Assembly: GCA_028873295.1 (NCBI GenBank)
Contig: JAGWKO010000004.1
Coordinates: 1 to 47,923, forward strand
From: Verrucomicrobiota bacterium
GTDB taxonomy: Bacteria; Chlamydiota; Chlamydiia; Chlamydiales; SM23-39
Length of the DNA: 47,923 bases
Direction of reading: 5' to 3'
Shown piece after piece: positions 25,598 through 35,094 of the stretch. Below the pieces are notes generated by a model. That model was given only the letters and a program-made list of their open reading frames with translations. It was not told where the DNA came from and searched no databases. A program made the position numbers and the translations under genes. Every line of letters starts with the position of its first letter. Position 1 is the first letter of the stretch.

Positions 25598-27381
25598 TTC
25601 TTCTTCGGCGTCGCAGAAAAAGTTCCATAAGGGAGTGAGAGCGTAATTTTTTCAACCTTTTGCGACGCGTTGATTTCGAAGCGGAGAAGATATCCCATCG
25701 ATTTGATGACAAAACAATTTTCCCCCTGAGGAACAAGCTCATAGGTGGGCTGACCGGGAATGATGCCGCAAAGAACTCCATCGCGCAGCGCTATCTCCAC
25801 AGTATGTCCCTGAAACTCATAGAGCCCGGTGAAACGCAGCAGATAGGAGCGCAGAGTCTCTTCAAACTGAGTCTCCTTTACAAAGACAATTTCCTTTGTA
25901 GCGGGCTCCAAAGTAGCAGAAACGCTCTTGATCTCTCCATCATTTGTTGTCTGAAAAGAAAATTTCATTCCCTTTCGCGAACGAATAAGATCCTGCAGCT
26001 CCTGGGAAAGAATGAAGGTATCGTAATGCCAGGGCTCTAAAATGGCAGCAAGTCCATTGTGCTCCATACGCAACTTTCCCTCTTCAATCACCTGAATTTT
26101 AAGAGTGCCATATCCTGGATGGCTATAACTTCCCGCATAGTGAGAAATCGGATGAGAAAGGGCCGTTCCTTGCTTTCTTCCGGAGATATCAGTCGTCTGA
26201 CTCTCCAGCTTCCAGCTCGTTTGCACCTTTTCAAGCCCCTCTTGCAGCCAATCCTTCGGAGGCAACAAGAGCAGGCGATCCATCACAAAGCCGGAAAGAT
26301 AGCGCGCAAGAGGCGTCAGGTTGGAGTTGGTGAGGACAATGATCCCGATTTTCTCTTCAGGCAAAAGATTGACCACCGAGGTAAAGCCATCGACACCTCC
26401 ATCATGGCTCACGTAGTAGTGACCTCGATAGGGAATGATATTCCATCCAAGTCCTGCAAGAGAGATAGCGGCCTCCTTGGCCTGCGGCGCTTCCTGGATA
26501 ATCGCCTGGGGCGAATACATCTCCTGCAAAGTCACGGGACTAATCAGAGAAAGAGATCCGATCTTTCCTCCATGTAAATGCATAGAGACCCATTTGGAGA
26601 GATCATTCACTGTAGAGTGAAGCCCACCTGCTGGAGCGATGAGCTTAAAATCGCGAAAAGCCATACGCTGTATCTTTCCTGCCTTCACCTGATAGGGCAG
26701 CGCTATATCGTTTTTTTTCTCCATCTCCTTCAAAGAGACGCCCGTTCTTGCCATCTTGAGTGGCGCGAGAACGCGCTCCTTAATCTGTTCCTCCCAGGAC
26801 TTTCCTACCACCTTTTCCATTGCAAGAGCGGCAGCGATGTACAGGAGATCTCCGTAGTGATGTCTTTCGCGAAAGTCTGTAGAAAAGTCGAGATAACGCA
26901 GTTTTTGCACGAGTTCTTCGCGATTCATATCGGAAGCTCCATACCAAACCAGTGGATGGCGAGGGAATCCCGATCGATGAGAGAGGATATCGCGCATCGT
27001 CATATGCAACGTGGCGTAAGAGTTTTGAAGTCGAAATTGCGGCAGGAGATCGATCAGAGGTTGATCCCAGGAGATCTTCCCCTCCTCCATGAGAAGTCCC
27101 GAGAGAAAAGAGGTGAATGCTTTACTGCACGAGCCAATTTGAAAGATCGTATCTGCGGAAACAGAGAGCCCCTTTTCAAGATCGCTTTTACCAAATCCCT
27201 TCGTATAGACAAGCTCTCCATCAAGAAGAATGCCAAGAGCAAGTCCTGGGACTCGATAATCTATCAGTGATTGAGCAATAAGAGGCTCAGATTCCTTGAT
27301 TTGTTGAATAAGAGCTGTTTGTTGAGGAGAGGCAGCAAAGAGGAAAGAGATCGATAAGAGAGGCAGAAGCAGAATACGCAT
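25594..27381 (-). CDS. Secreted serine hydrolase (AmpC/beta-lactamase-like) with DUF3471-like C-terminus
   Basis: Signal peptide, IGSCSK (SxxK), LSHRSG, PAGGL, HDGG and YSHPGYG motifs. Confidence 0.88.
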   Translation of the reverse strand: MRILLLPLLSISFLFAASPQQTALIQQIKESEPLIAQSLIDYRVPGLALGILLDGELVYTKGFGKSDLEKGLSVSADTIFQIGSCSKAFTSFLSGLLMEEGKISWDQPLIDLLPQFRLQNSYATLHMTMRDILSHRSGFPRHPLVWYGASDMNREELVQKLRYLDFSTDFRERHHYGDLLYIAAALAMEKVVGKSWEEQIKERVLAPLKMARTGVSLKEMEKKNDIALPYQVKAGKIQRMAFRDFKLIAPAGGLHSTVNDLSKWVSMHLHGGKIGSLSLISPVTLQEMYSPQAIIQEAPQAKEAAISLAGLGWNIIPYRGHYYVSHDGGVDGFTSVVNLLPEEKIGIIVLTNSNLTPLARYLSGFVMDRLLLLPPKDWLQEGLEKVQTSWKLESQTTDISGRKQGTALSHPISHYAGSYSHPGYGTLKIQVIEEGKLRMEHNGLAAILEPWHYDTFILSQELQDLIRSRKGMKFSFQTTNDGEIKSVSATLEPATKEIVFVKETQFEETLRSYLLRFTGLYEFQGHTVEIALRDGVLCGIIPGQPTYELVPQGENCFVIKSMGYLLRFEINASQKVEKITLSLPYGTFSATPKKN

Positions 27382-27443
27382 GAGATGTTTTTCTCCCTGT
27401 TTTTCGGACAGCGATGATAACCCGAAAATGGGAAAAAAACAAT

Positions 27444-27575
27444 TTAGTAAACACTAAGAGTTAAGAGTCCTGTGAGGATCAAATAGATAGCGACAACATA
27501 ATTGAGAATTTTAGGATAGACGAGAATCAGAATCCCTGCGGTGATCGCGATGAGAGGATGAACAAACATTACCAT
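27444..27575 (-). CDS. Small membrane protein, DUF3096-like (43 aa; not in ORF track)
   Basis: MVMFVHPLIAITAGILILVYPKILNYVVAIYLILTGLLTLSVY, with an AGGAG RBS at 27585-27589. Confidence 0.85.
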   Translation of the reverse strand: MVMFVHPLIAITAGILILVYPKILNYVVAIYLILTGLLTLSVY

Positions 27576-27608
27576 ACGAGCAAGCTCCTATATTTTGGGT
27601 ATAGCGTC

Positions 27609-28781
27609 TCAAAGAGAAGTCTGCAAGTAGAAACGGACGCTCCCGAAAAGAAGGGCTGCAAATACTGGTATTTTCAGAGAAACAGCGGGGTAACGGATGC
27701 GAATAAAATGGCAAAGGCAGAGAAGAGTCAGTGCGGGATAGAGCAGATCCAGAACGATTCCCATCCAATGAAGAATCACTCCAAAGTCGACACTGGCAAC
27801 TCCAGCTGCAAGAAGGAGAGTGATCACAAGGGCTGGGGGAAAGGGGATCTTTTTCGCAGAAATCTCCTGATGTATGTAGTTTGCAAAAACAGTAGCAAGA
27901 GCTACGGCTGTTGTCAGACAGGCAAAAAAGACGATTACTGCAGAAAGAAATGCGCCTTCTGCTCCAAGAATTTTTTGAGCAAGGCCTTGAAGCAGCTCTT
28001 CTGGACGAGTAGAGAGAGTTTGTCCGTGGTGCGCTGCGACAAGAGTCAGGCCAAGATAGGCCAGTAGAAGTAGAAACGCCGCCACGCAACTTGCCCCGAA
28101 CATTCTGCGCTTACTCTCCTGTACCGAAATCCCTCCTGCCATAAATTGAGGAATGACCACTGTAGCAAAAAGGAGGGCAGAGATCAGATCCATTGTCATG
28201 TACCCCCCCTTAAGACCTTGAGAGAAGTGAAAAAAGGCACTCTCTGCAGAGACGGGAAGCGGTGGCGCCGAAAAGAGCCCTGCGACAATAAGGATGACCA
28301 AAGAGAGGATGAAAAAAGGAGTAAGCACCTTGCTAAGCCATGGAATCAGCCGATGGGAGCGATAGGCAATCAGATAAAAAAGAGCAAGCATACAGAGAAC
28401 AAAAAAGGGAAACGGGGCGGGAAAGTAGGGCTTGAGGCTCGCGTACATGAGTTGAATCAATCGCGCAAGACAAATGGGTCCCTGAATAATCTGCAAAACA
28501 GAAAGCAAAAAGAAAGAAGGACCTTTGCCAAGACCTTCCAGAAAAGATTTGATGTTCCCATTAAAGAGCCTCATCGTCATGAGGCCGAGAATAGGGAAGA
28601 GAATAGCAGAAATCGAAAGACCGAAAAGAGCCGGCAGGATGCCACTTCCAGCCTTCTGACCGATAAGAAGGGGGAAAATAAGGTTCCCGGCTCCAAAGAA
28701 CATTGAAAAAAGAGCCACACCTGTAATCAGGATACCAGGAGCACGCCTTGCTGGCGCTTGAGCGACAACTCTACTCGACAT
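27609..28781 (-). CDS. brnQ: Branched-chain amino acid:cation symporter
   Basis: FSMFFGAGNLIFP, GYMTMD, ACLTTA and LYP motifs; ATG at 28781 preferred. Confidence 0.93.
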   Translation of the reverse strand: MSSRVVAQAPARRAPGILITGVALFSMFFGAGNLIFPLLIGQKAGSGILPALFGLSISAILFPILGLMTMRLFNGNIKSFLEGLGKGPSFFLLSVLQIIQGPICLARLIQLMYASLKPYFPAPFPFFVLCMLALFYLIAYRSHRLIPWLSKVLTPFFILSLVILIVAGLFSAPPLPVSAESAFFHFSQGLKGGYMTMDLISALLFATVVIPQFMAGGISVQESKRRMFGASCVAAFLLLLAYLGLTLVAAHHGQTLSTRPEELLQGLAQKILGAEGAFLSAVIVFFACLTTAVALATVFANYIHQEISAKKIPFPPALVITLLLAAGVASVDFGVILHWMGIVLDLLYPALTLLCLCHFIRIRYPAVSLKIPVFAALLFGSVRFYLQTSL

Positions 28782-29727
28782 GCCCGCGGAGTGTACCAGA
28801 GCGAAGCGTTTCCCGGAAGAACTCTCTTGCGAAATAGGTCGTTTCCCCCCGAACCTTCTCCCCTTCCTTTCCTCCAGGGGGGCGAGCAAGGAAAACGTAA
28901 TGAGAGACCTCTTCACGCAATACTTTTAATTTTTGAGGCGCCAGATACCGAATCAGGCGGACAGCGTGATCCTGAAAGGGCAGAACCTCATCGCCTACGG
29001 AGATTACAAGGCCCACGGGCTTTGCCACTTTCTTTAAAGATTCCGTAGAATAGGAATAGGCGGCGGGACAGAGCAGACAAAATGATTGAATCCTGGAATC
29101 GACAAAAGAGCCTTCTGCTCTTGCAAAGTCGAAGCGGTCAAAAAGTTCTTGCGGCCACTGCCTTTCTCCAAACAGCTGAGTAAAAGTTTCCTTTACCTTT
29201 GATGCCGTGGCTCCTGCAAGGCAGAGTCCCGTCATGCCTCCCATAGAATAGCCAACAAACCCCACCTTCTTGAAATCAATATGAGGAGCAACAGATGCTT
29301 CCTTTTCCCATTGATTCAAAAGAAAGGTGAAGTCAAGAGCGCGATCCCAAAAACAAAGGCTTCTGGGGAGGTCAAAATTCTGATGCGTATCACCAAAATG
29401 ATCGATCGCAGCAACGAGATATCCTTCAGTTGCTACCAGCTCTTCTGCAAGCCAGTCGAGATCGCTTCTCGTCCCTCTATGGCCATGAGAGAGCAGTATC
29501 AGGGGCTTTTTCGACTCTGTCTGAAAAGAGGCATTGCGGCCCTCGATAGCTGGGCTTTTCCCTGAAGATTTGGCTGGATACCAGAGTTCAACGACAACAG
29601 GGCGCTCACGGCTCTCATCGTAATAGGTAAATGTCTGAATGCCGATTGCCTTTCTCTCTGGCCCAGTGGGGGTATGCATCCCAAAAAGGAAAGAATAAGA
29701 AGCAATAAAGAGAAAAAAGAGTCTCAT
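28771..29727 (-). CDS. Alpha/beta-hydrolase (predicted dienelactone hydrolase/PAF-AH-like)
   Basis: Signal peptide, LWYP, LLSHG, GYSMGG nucleophile elbow and a late D...H pair. Confidence 0.85.
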   Translation of the reverse strand: MRLFFLFIASYSFLFGMHTPTGPERKAIGIQTFTYYDESRERPVVVELWYPAKSSGKSPAIEGRNASFQTESKKPLILLSHGHRGTRSDLDWLAEELVATEGYLVAAIDHFGDTHQNFDLPRSLCFWDRALDFTFLLNQWEKEASVAPHIDFKKVGFVGYSMGGMTGLCLAGATASKVKETFTQLFGERQWPQELFDRFDFARAEGSFVDSRIQSFCLLCPAAYSYSTESLKKVAKPVGLVISVGDEVLPFQDHAVRLIRYLAPQKLKVLREEVSHYVFLARPPGGKEGEKVRGETTYFAREFFRETLRSGTLRGHVE

Positions 29728-29791
29728 ATCTTCAACAGGAGAGACGAGATTACCAGAGTGCCAAGCCAAAATTCAAGTTCATTATCAGCGA

Positions 29792-29843
29792 GAGACAAGG
29801 ACGAACGGGGCCCCCACGCAGTGGGGGCGATCCGCCTTGTCTC
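29792..29843. repeat. Two-stem GC-rich hairpin (REP/MITE-like or terminator)
   Basis: Outer GAGACAAGG/CCTTGTCTC and inner GCCCCCAC-GCA-GTGGGGGC. Confidence 0.7.
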
Positions 29844-29887
29844 CGACATGTCATATAGAGGCCATCACAACATGTCATTACTTCAAA

Positions 29888-31036
29888 TTAAATACACATG
29901 CTTTTTGGGTGCCTTTCAAGTGGAACGGGTATATACCGAAAAATTCGAGGCAACCGCTTTCCAAGTCCACACAGAACCTCATAAGGATTCGTATTGGACT
30001 TGCGAGCAATCTCCCAGAGAGGAATCTCCCCCTCTCCCTGCCTGCCAATTAATGTGACCTCTTCCCCTACATATGCTTCAGAATTTTTGAGATTCACCAT
30101 GAACTGGTCCATGCAAATTCTCCCTGCGATAGGGAATCTTTGACCGCGAATCAACACTTCTGCCTGATTATCCCATAGCGCTCTTCGATACCCATCCCCA
30201 TAGCCGACAGGAATGGTAATAATACGGCTTCTCTCTTGAGTCGTATACTCATGCCCATAGCCAATCCCCTCTCCAGGCTCTACCACCTTGAAATAGGAAA
30301 TATGAGCGCGAAGAGAAAGAAAAGGAGATATCTCTCCTGGCAGACGATCATTCTCATTTGGGCAATATCCATAGGAGAGAAGTCCTGGACGAACCATATC
30401 GAACCATGAATCGGGATAGTGCAGCACACCTCCCGAATTGGCAAGATGAGCTATACCCTTCCATCCGCGCAACTTTTCAAGAAGATTATAAAAACATTCG
30501 ATCTGACGTAAAGTAGACGCATCTTCAGGAACGTCGGAAGAGGCCAGGTGAGAGTAGATCCCGACCTGCTCAAAACAGCCGAGCTGCTCCAGACGATCGA
30601 TCAATGAAGGCAAACTCTCCGGTCGAACACCGGTCCTTTGCATGCCTGTATCTACCTCTACATGAACGCGGCATTTTGAACTACCTGGGCAAACTCTCTT
30701 TGCAACAAGCTCAGCCTTATACTGGGAGCTGATCGTAAATTCTATGCCACTTGCTAAAAGCGCATCGATCTGTCCCTCATGGATCGCCCCAAAGAGGAAA
30801 ATAGGGATCTTCACTCCCTCTTTTTTGAGTTCTTCTGCCTCTTGGAGGGTCGCAACCCCCAAAAGATCCACCCCCTCCTCCCCGGCAACCCTTGCAATCG
30901 CGCCTGCCCCGTGTCCATAGGCATCCCCTTTTACAGGAAGACAAAAGAGCCTCTTTCCTATACGGTTACGTATTGCCCGCAAATTTTTTCTGAGCTGACT
31001 CTCATCGATCTCTATCCAGGCGGGATATCGCTCCAT
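29888..31036 (-). CDS. alr: Alanine racemase
   Basis: VKGDAYGHG (PLP Lys), VDTGMQRTG, YSHLA, VRPG, GYGDG and GRICMDQ motifs. Confidence 0.96.
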   Translation of the reverse strand: MERYPAWIEIDESQLRKNLRAIRNRIGKRLFCLPVKGDAYGHGAGAIARVAGEEGVDLLGVATLQEAEELKKEGVKIPIFLFGAIHEGQIDALLASGIEFTISSQYKAELVAKRVCPGSSKCRVHVEVDTGMQRTGVRPESLPSLIDRLEQLGCFEQVGIYSHLASSDVPEDASTLRQIECFYNLLEKLRGWKGIAHLANSGGVLHYPDSWFDMVRPGLLSYGYCPNENDRLPGEISPFLSLRAHISYFKVVEPGEGIGYGHEYTTQERSRIITIPVGYGDGYRRALWDNQAEVLIRGQRFPIAGRICMDQFMVNLKNSEAYVGEEVTLIGRQGEGEIPLWEIARKSNTNPYEVLCGLGKRLPRIFRYIPVPLERHPKSMCI

Positions 31037-31109
31037 TGGGCTCCCCAAAACTCCAGTCGCAAGGAAAATAATCTTCCAGTATACCGAAAATTGATATACT
31101 GGTGGCCTT

Positions 31110-31724
31110 GTGTTTCTTTTTCTTCAAGGACTTCTTTTCGGTTTCATTGTTGCAGCGCCCATAGGCCCTATTGGCGCTCTTTGTATTCAAAAGACTCTGC
31201 GCTCCGGAAAGTTCGCAGGTCTCTGTGCAGGACTTGGAGCTGCTACAGCAGATCTTCTCTATGCAGTCACAGCCGCTTTCGGGTTTTCTCTTCTCTCGGA
31301 TTTTTTTCTCAACGAACATGTCTGGATTCGCATCGCAGGCGGTGCTTTCCTCTGCTATTTCGGAGTAAAGACTCTGATCTCTCCCCTACCGACCTCTCAT
31401 CACTCCGGGAACTCTTCTCCTCTTGCCGCTTTTTTATCGACCTTCTTCCTTACACTTGCAAGCCCCCTGACCATCCTGGCCTTCTTTGCTCTTTTTGCCA
31501 GCTTCAATGTCTCTCATTTGGAGGGAGAATCAAACACGCGCATCGTTTTTCTCTTCCTGGGCGTCTTTCTAGGCTCCAGTTTTTGGGGAGTTCTTCTTAG
31601 TGAGGGAATTCACTTCTTTCGAAAGAGAGCGGGCGCTCCCCTACTGCACTGGATTCACCGTATAGTAGGGGCCGTCCTGCTTACCTTCGGCCTTTTGACC
31701 TGGATAAGTCTCTTATTTAATTGA
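31110..31724 (+). CDS. LysE/RhtB-family translocator
   Basis: AAPIGP, GLGAATAD and LTLASPLTIL motifs; six TM helices. Confidence 0.92.
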   Translation: MFLFLQGLLFGFIVAAPIGPIGALCIQKTLRSGKFAGLCAGLGAATADLLYAVTAAFGFSLLSDFFLNEHVWIRIAGGAFLCYFGVKTLISPLPTSHHSGNSSPLAAFLSTFFLTLASPLTILAFFALFASFNVSHLEGESNTRIVFLFLGVFLGSSFWGVLLSEGIHFFRKRAGAPLLHWIHRIVGAVLLTFGLLTWISLLFN

Positions 31725-31737
31725 TCCTGTACGAATA

Positions 31738-32055
31738 CTAGATTTTTTTGAGATGTTTGTTGAGAAGCCCGGACATTTTCAGCATATCCACAGGCTTTGT
31801 TCCTAAAACTTCTGCAAGATCGCGATCTGGAACAATCAACCTACGGTTCTTTACATCCTGGCACTTCTTGCTCTTGATATAAGCCCACAGCTTTTTCACA
31901 ATCTCTGGTCTCGTCAGTTTTTTCCCTCCCACAATCTTTGCAAGAGAATCTGAGAGAGCATACTGAATCTGTGTCAATCCGGCCTTCGGTCTAGCTGTCT
32001 TTTTTGCGGGCGCTTTTCTTTTTGGCGCACTCTTCTTTTTAACCACCTTTGCCAT
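31738..32055 (-). CDS. SWIB/MDM2-domain protein with Lys-rich N-terminal tail
   Basis: LSDSLAKIVG..LTRPEIVKKLWAYIK...QD.KNRR.I.PD..L; GAGG RBS before the ATG at 32055. Confidence 0.92.
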   Translation of the reverse strand: MAKVVKKKSAPKRKAPAKKTARPKAGLTQIQYALSDSLAKIVGGKKLTRPEIVKKLWAYIKSKKCQDVKNRRLIVPDRDLAEVLGTKPVDMLKMSGLLNKHLKKI

Positions 32056-32155
32056 ACATCCTCTGTTGTCTGAAATTCCAAGCGGGACCATCCCGCTATC
32101 TATTCTTAGAGATGTATGAACTTTTAGGGATTTCTGCAAGAAAATTCTTTACAAC

Positions 32156-32647
32156 CTATTTCACTGCGTGAATCACAGGAACAAAATCCTTCGTTTTTGG
32201 CATCACAAACCCTTTGGGAAAATCTGACTTGCCTGCAGGTAACCACTCCTGACTTCTGCCGAAGAAGAGCAGTTTACCGCGCACCACCAAGTTACCATTC
32301 TCACCAACCCAAAGCTCTGCGTTGTAGATTTTCCCATGCTCGGGATCGACAATTTTTCCCTTGCACTTTGCTCCAGAGTCCACAAGAAACCAGATCAGAT
32401 CAAGACCGCTATAATAGGGATCTCCCTCCATTCCCGGCGCGCGCTTTTTGGGCGCCCAGATCGTATCGCTGAACTTTCCATTCTCATCATAACTGCCGAT
32501 GATACGTCCATAGTGCATCCCATCATAGGAATAGACCGCAACAACGCACTGCGTTACACCCTCTTCATTCACAGTCTTCCAAAACCCGTCAATATCCGTA
32601 CTCTCTCTTGCAAAACAAGAGACTGCCAACAAAAGAAAAAAAAGCAT
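32156..32647 (-). CDS. DUF2147-family exported protein
   Basis: G.WKT, GKIVDPEHGKIY, LVVRG and GRSQEW motifs. Confidence 0.85.
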   Translation of the reverse strand: MLFFLLLAVSCFARESTDIDGFWKTVNEEGVTQCVVAVYSYDGMHYGRIIGSYDENGKFSDTIWAPKKRAPGMEGDPYYSGLDLIWFLVDSGAKCKGKIVDPEHGKIYNAELWVGENGNLVVRGKLLFFGRSQEWLPAGKSDFPKGFVMPKTKDFVPVIHAVK

Positions 32648-32704
32648 AATACCCCTAGACGTATCTCTGTTTTTTAACTATATAGTAAAAATAGTTAATT
32701 ATCC

Positions 32705-35071
32705 ATGGATCCATCAGACCTCTACCAAAAGACCATCGAAGAACTCTTTCACACTCTTGGCACAAGTGCAAATGGGCTCTCCTCTTCCGAAGCGGGGAGG
32801 AGGCAGGAACAATTTGGCCCTAATGCCATTGAAGAAAAGGAGGGCTCACCACTTTTAAAACTCCTTTTCTACTTCTGGGGTCCAATCCCCTGGATGATCG
32901 AAATCGCCGCCCTTCTCTCTTTTTTTCTGCGCCACTTTGCAGATTGCATTCTCATCTCATCCCTTCTCTTCATCAATGGGCTGATTCGCTATTTTGAAGA
33001 AAAACAGGCGGGAAATGCCCTGCAGGCGCTGCGCAGAAATCTCGCCTTGCGCGCTCTTGTCAAAAGAGATGGGACGTGGCAGGAGATAGAAGCGACTTTG
33101 CTTGTCCCGGGAGATATCATCCGCCTGCGCATCGGCAATCTCATTCCTGCCGACGCAAAGCTCATCTCCGAAGGCGCTCTTTCCGTCGATCAATCCACAG
33201 TAACGGGAGAATCGCTCCCTGTCTCAAAAGAAAAGGGCGATCTTCTCTACTCCGGATCTGTTGTAAAGCGCGGAGAGATGGAGGCGCTGATTGTCGCTAC
33301 AGGGAAAAAGAGCTTCATGGGGAAAACTGCAGAGCTTGTCCTCAAAGCGGGAGCTCCTTCCCACTTTCAAAGAGCAGTTCTTCAGATCGGCAAGTTTCTT
33401 ATCTTGCTCTCTCTTAGCCTTGTTTTTCTCATTATCGCCATCCAACTCTCGCGTGGGGAGTCTTTTTTTATCATAGCAGAATTTGTCCTTGTCCTTCTCA
33501 TCGCCTCAATTCCAGTCGCCCTCCCGGCGATTCTTTCGGTCACGATGGCACTTGGCGCGCTGCGCCTCTCGCGCATGCAGGCGCTTGTCACAAAACTGGA
33601 ATCAATCGAGGAGATGGCAGGCATCGACACACTCTGTTCAGACAAAACCGGCACTCTTACTGAGAATCGCCTGCAGTGGATCGATACTTTTCTCTCCCCT
33701 TCTGCAACAAAAGAGGAGCTCTCCACAGCAGCAGCAGGTAGCTGCAGAAAGGAAGATAAGGATCCTATCGATCTTGCCATTCTCGAATATGCAAAAGAGC
33801 CAAGGCAGATCCGCTTTACTCCCTTTGATCCCACAGCAAAGCGCGCAAGCGGCACGATTCTTACCGAAGAACAGAGGGAAGTCGAAGTCACCAAGGGCGC
33901 ACCCCAGGTCGTGCTCACTCTCTCTCAACCGGGCAAAGAAGAGAGAGCCACAATGGAAAGAAGGATCGACCTATGGGCAGAAAAGGGCTATCGAACCCTC
34001 GGCGTCGCACGCAAAGAAAATGAGCAGTGGAAACTCCTTGGCCTCATTGCTCTTGCAGATCCTCTGCGTGCCGATGCCAAAGAGACCATCGCGCGCGCAA
34101 AAGAACATGGCATTACAATCAAAATGGTAACAGGAGACCATAGCGCCATTGCAAAAGACACACTGGAAAATCTCGGACTCGGCACGAAAATTATCACTGC
34201 AGCAGGGCTTCAGGAAACGGAAATCGAAAAAATAGACGGCTTTGCAGAGGTTGTCCCCGAACACAAGCTGCAGATCGTTGATGCGCTGCAAAAACGCGGG
34301 CACCTTGTAGGGATGACAGGTGATGGCGTCAACGATGCTCCCGCGCTAAAACAGGCCGATGTTGGCATCGCCGTTCACCCTTCCACAGATGCGGCCAGAG
34401 CTGCCGCCGCTCTTGTGCTTACAAAACCGGGACTCTCCGTTATCATCAAAGCAATCGAAGAGGCTCGATGCATTTTCGAGCGCATGCAGAGTTATGCCAT
34501 CTACAGAATCGCAGAAACAGTACGCATCATCTTCTTCATCACAAGCTGTATTCTTATTTACAATTTCTACCCCATCACTCCATTGATGATCATCATGTTA
34601 GCTCTTCTAAACGACATTCCACTTCTTTCGATTGCCTATGACAACACCTCGATCGATCAAAATCCTGTTCGCTGGAAAATGCAACAGATCATCATCATTG
34701 CGGCTCTTCTTGGCGCTCTTGGTGTTATCGAATCTTTTCTCCTTCTCTTTCTCCTGAAGAGCTTTACTTCCCTTACTCTTTCCGCGCTTCAATCGGCCTT
34801 TTTTCTGAAACTCTCCGTAGCCGGCCATCAGACCCTCTTTGTCGCAAGAACAAAAAATGCCTTCTATCGCCCTCCCTATCCCTCTCTTATTCTCTTGATA
34901 GCCATTCTCGCAACGCAGACAGTTGCAGCTCTTATCACGGGATTTGGACTTCTTATTACAGCGCTTCCCTGGCATCTCATCGGCCTCATCTGGATCTATA
35001 CCCTCACTTGGATCTTCTTTATCGACCGCCTCAAAATCCTCACATGGAAAAAAATAGTTGACACTCCCTGA
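32705..35071 (+). CDS. P-type ATPase, P3A plasma-membrane H+-efflux type
   Basis: FWGPIPWMIE, TGES, IPVALPAILSVTMALGA, DKTGTLT, KGAP, GDGVNDAP, YRIAET and ALLNDIP (H+-site Asp). Confidence 0.92.
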   Translation: MDPSDLYQKTIEELFHTLGTSANGLSSSEAGRRQEQFGPNAIEEKEGSPLLKLLFYFWGPIPWMIEIAALLSFFLRHFADCILISSLLFINGLIRYFEEKQAGNALQALRRNLALRALVKRDGTWQEIEATLLVPGDIIRLRIGNLIPADAKLISEGALSVDQSTVTGESLPVSKEKGDLLYSGSVVKRGEMEALIVATGKKSFMGKTAELVLKAGAPSHFQRAVLQIGKFLILLSLSLVFLIIAIQLSRGESFFIIAEFVLVLLIASIPVALPAILSVTMALGALRLSRMQALVTKLESIEEMAGIDTLCSDKTGTLTENRLQWIDTFLSPSATKEELSTAAAGSCRKEDKDPIDLAILEYAKEPRQIRFTPFDPTAKRASGTILTEEQREVEVTKGAPQVVLTLSQPGKEERATMERRIDLWAEKGYRTLGVARKENEQWKLLGLIALADPLRADAKETIARAKEHGITIKMVTGDHSAIAKDTLENLGLGTKIITAAGLQETEIEKIDGFAEVVPEHKLQIVDALQKRGHLVGMTGDGVNDAPALKQADVGIAVHPSTDAARAAAALVLTKPGLSVIIKAIEEARCIFERMQSYAIYRIAETVRIIFFITSCILIYNFYPITPLMIIMLALLNDIPLLSIAYDNTSIDQNPVRWKMQQIIIIAALLGALGVIESFLLLFLLKSFTSLTLSALQSAFFLKLSVAGHQTLFVARTKNAFYRPPYPSLILLIAILATQTVAALITGFGLLITALPWHLIGLIWIYTLTWIFFIDRLKILTWKKIVDTP

Positions 35072-35094
35072 CCTCTTCCTCAAAATCCGCTTTT

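Noticed and set aside
27511-28089. 192-aa minus-strand ORF
   Set aside because: Alternative frame overlapping brnQ and the DUF3096-like gene; Ser/Arg/Cys-rich non-coding-like composition.
31076-31102. CCAGTATA/TATACTGG inverted repeat as an operator or MITE
   Set aside because: Adequately explained by back-to-back TATACT -10 boxes of the divergent alr and lysE promoters.
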